A stretch of DNA of 64,000 nucleotides from NCBI GenBank assembly GCA_950097015.1, contig CATNEN010000038.1:16368001-16432000 (forward strand), written 5' to 3'. The first letter of the stretch is position 1, and each line of letters starts with the position of its first letter. The stretch comes from Macrostomum hystrix. Its lineage: Eukaryota; Animalia; Platyhelminthes. Positions 63,043-64,000 of this stretch are shown here, one piece after another. The notes under the pieces were generated by a model. That model had not been told where the DNA came from, did no database searches, and worked only from the letters and a program-made list of their open reading frames with translations. The position numbers were made by a program, and so were the translations under genes.

Positions 63043-63396
63043 TAATAATAATAACAATAATTTCAGGAGGGCTGCGGAAAATGGCACATCAATTGGTGAG
63101 ACTAGATGGGCGATTCTGCCCATTCATCTGACTTCTGAGCACGAACGCACATAAATACTGTACGCAGGCACACCTCACACAGGTGCGTACATCTGCTCTG
63201 ACTTTCTCATCGTCAGTCAGCGTACACTTTCACTGTGCCTTGGAGATTGGCCCTCAAGGGCGTCAATTGCACGACAAGCCCCCAAAGCCTTCTCTCCGCG
63301 GCTGCGCCCCAAATAAATGTGGCCTCGCCGCGAAATCGAACTTATAGATCGTAGTGCGAGAGGCAAACGCGTTGACCGCTCTGCCACCCAGCCCCC
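63043..63396 (-). mobile_element. tRNA-derived SINE, family B, copy 2
   Basis: Reverse complement begins GGGGGCTGGGTGGCAGAGCGGTCAACGCG...AGTTCGATTTC and ends in a (TTA)-rich tail; colinear with 24237-24586. Confidence 0.78.
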
Positions 63397-64000
63397 TTTA
63401 TTCCTCGTTATATTTTAACGGATTTATTTTTTACAGTACATATTTTATTAAACCATCAATCCTAGCTACGAGATCTTGTGAAAATTGACTCAAAACTTTT
63501 AAAATTTAGAAAACGTAGGAATCCACTTTAAACAAGAACCTAAACAAGAGTCTAAATTCTTCCATAATAAAATAAACATTTTCTGCAGCTACATAAATTT
63601 ATATACAATCTTTGGATCTGTGTGCCTTCCGTCAATCAAGCAGCTCCTTATATTAATACTAACAGTAAACTTAATGTTTTTTTAAAACAAAAATCGAATA
63701 AAGCGTTAACAAATTTCTCAGTTTTTGCTTTTACTAATTTAATTGTTTTGCGGTTTTTACACAGATCAATTTGTGAGACAAGTGTCTTTTGTAAATTAAT
63801 GCTACTCAATGAGGCACATTCCCTAACTATTCAGCGTTCAGGCTAAATTTTTTCAATTTATTTTTTTTCTTATATTTGCTTTTTTAACACAGTCTCACTT
63901 TTGTGACAGTTAATTTTTTCCCATCCACAAAGCGAAATCATATTTGTTTCTTTCGTAATCACTTTCTCATATAATCATTCTGAAAGTAATTTTTCGAAAA

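Noticed and set aside
63067-63130. Possible extra spectrin exon after TTTCAG
   Set aside because: Lies within the antisense 3' end of a family B SINE; not accepted without transcript data.

Overview
Eukaryotic (metazoan) genomic DNA: GC-rich spliced exons in AT-rich sequence packed with minisatellites. The style suggests a lophotrochozoan, possibly a flatworm such as Macrostomum; this is an inference and cannot be verified here. Four host genes can be reconstructed by hand: CFAP20 (minus, 4 exons, 201 aa), an intronless neprilysin/M13-like type II membrane protein that has lost its HExxH motif (minus, 756 aa), a CYP7-clan cytochrome P450 with a shortened heme motif (plus, 4 exons, 508 aa), and a conventional beta-spectrin (plus, at least 16 coding exons, about 2440 aa, CH-CH/spectrin repeats/PH). 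A young, intact Ty3/Gypsy (Mag-like) LTR retrotransposon sits in spectrin intron 11 beside a tRNA-derived SINE. Two SINE families and a hAT-like MITE are also present. About 30 tandem arrays occupy much of the window, and most long ORFs in the ORF track are artefacts of these arrays. The most unusual signals are (i) sense-strand intronic arrays whose unit is CTAAC-AG|GT, resembling tandem recursive splice sites, (ii) neighbouring arrays that share a core across unique sequence and exons, and (iii) the pseudo-peptidase and the atypical P450.
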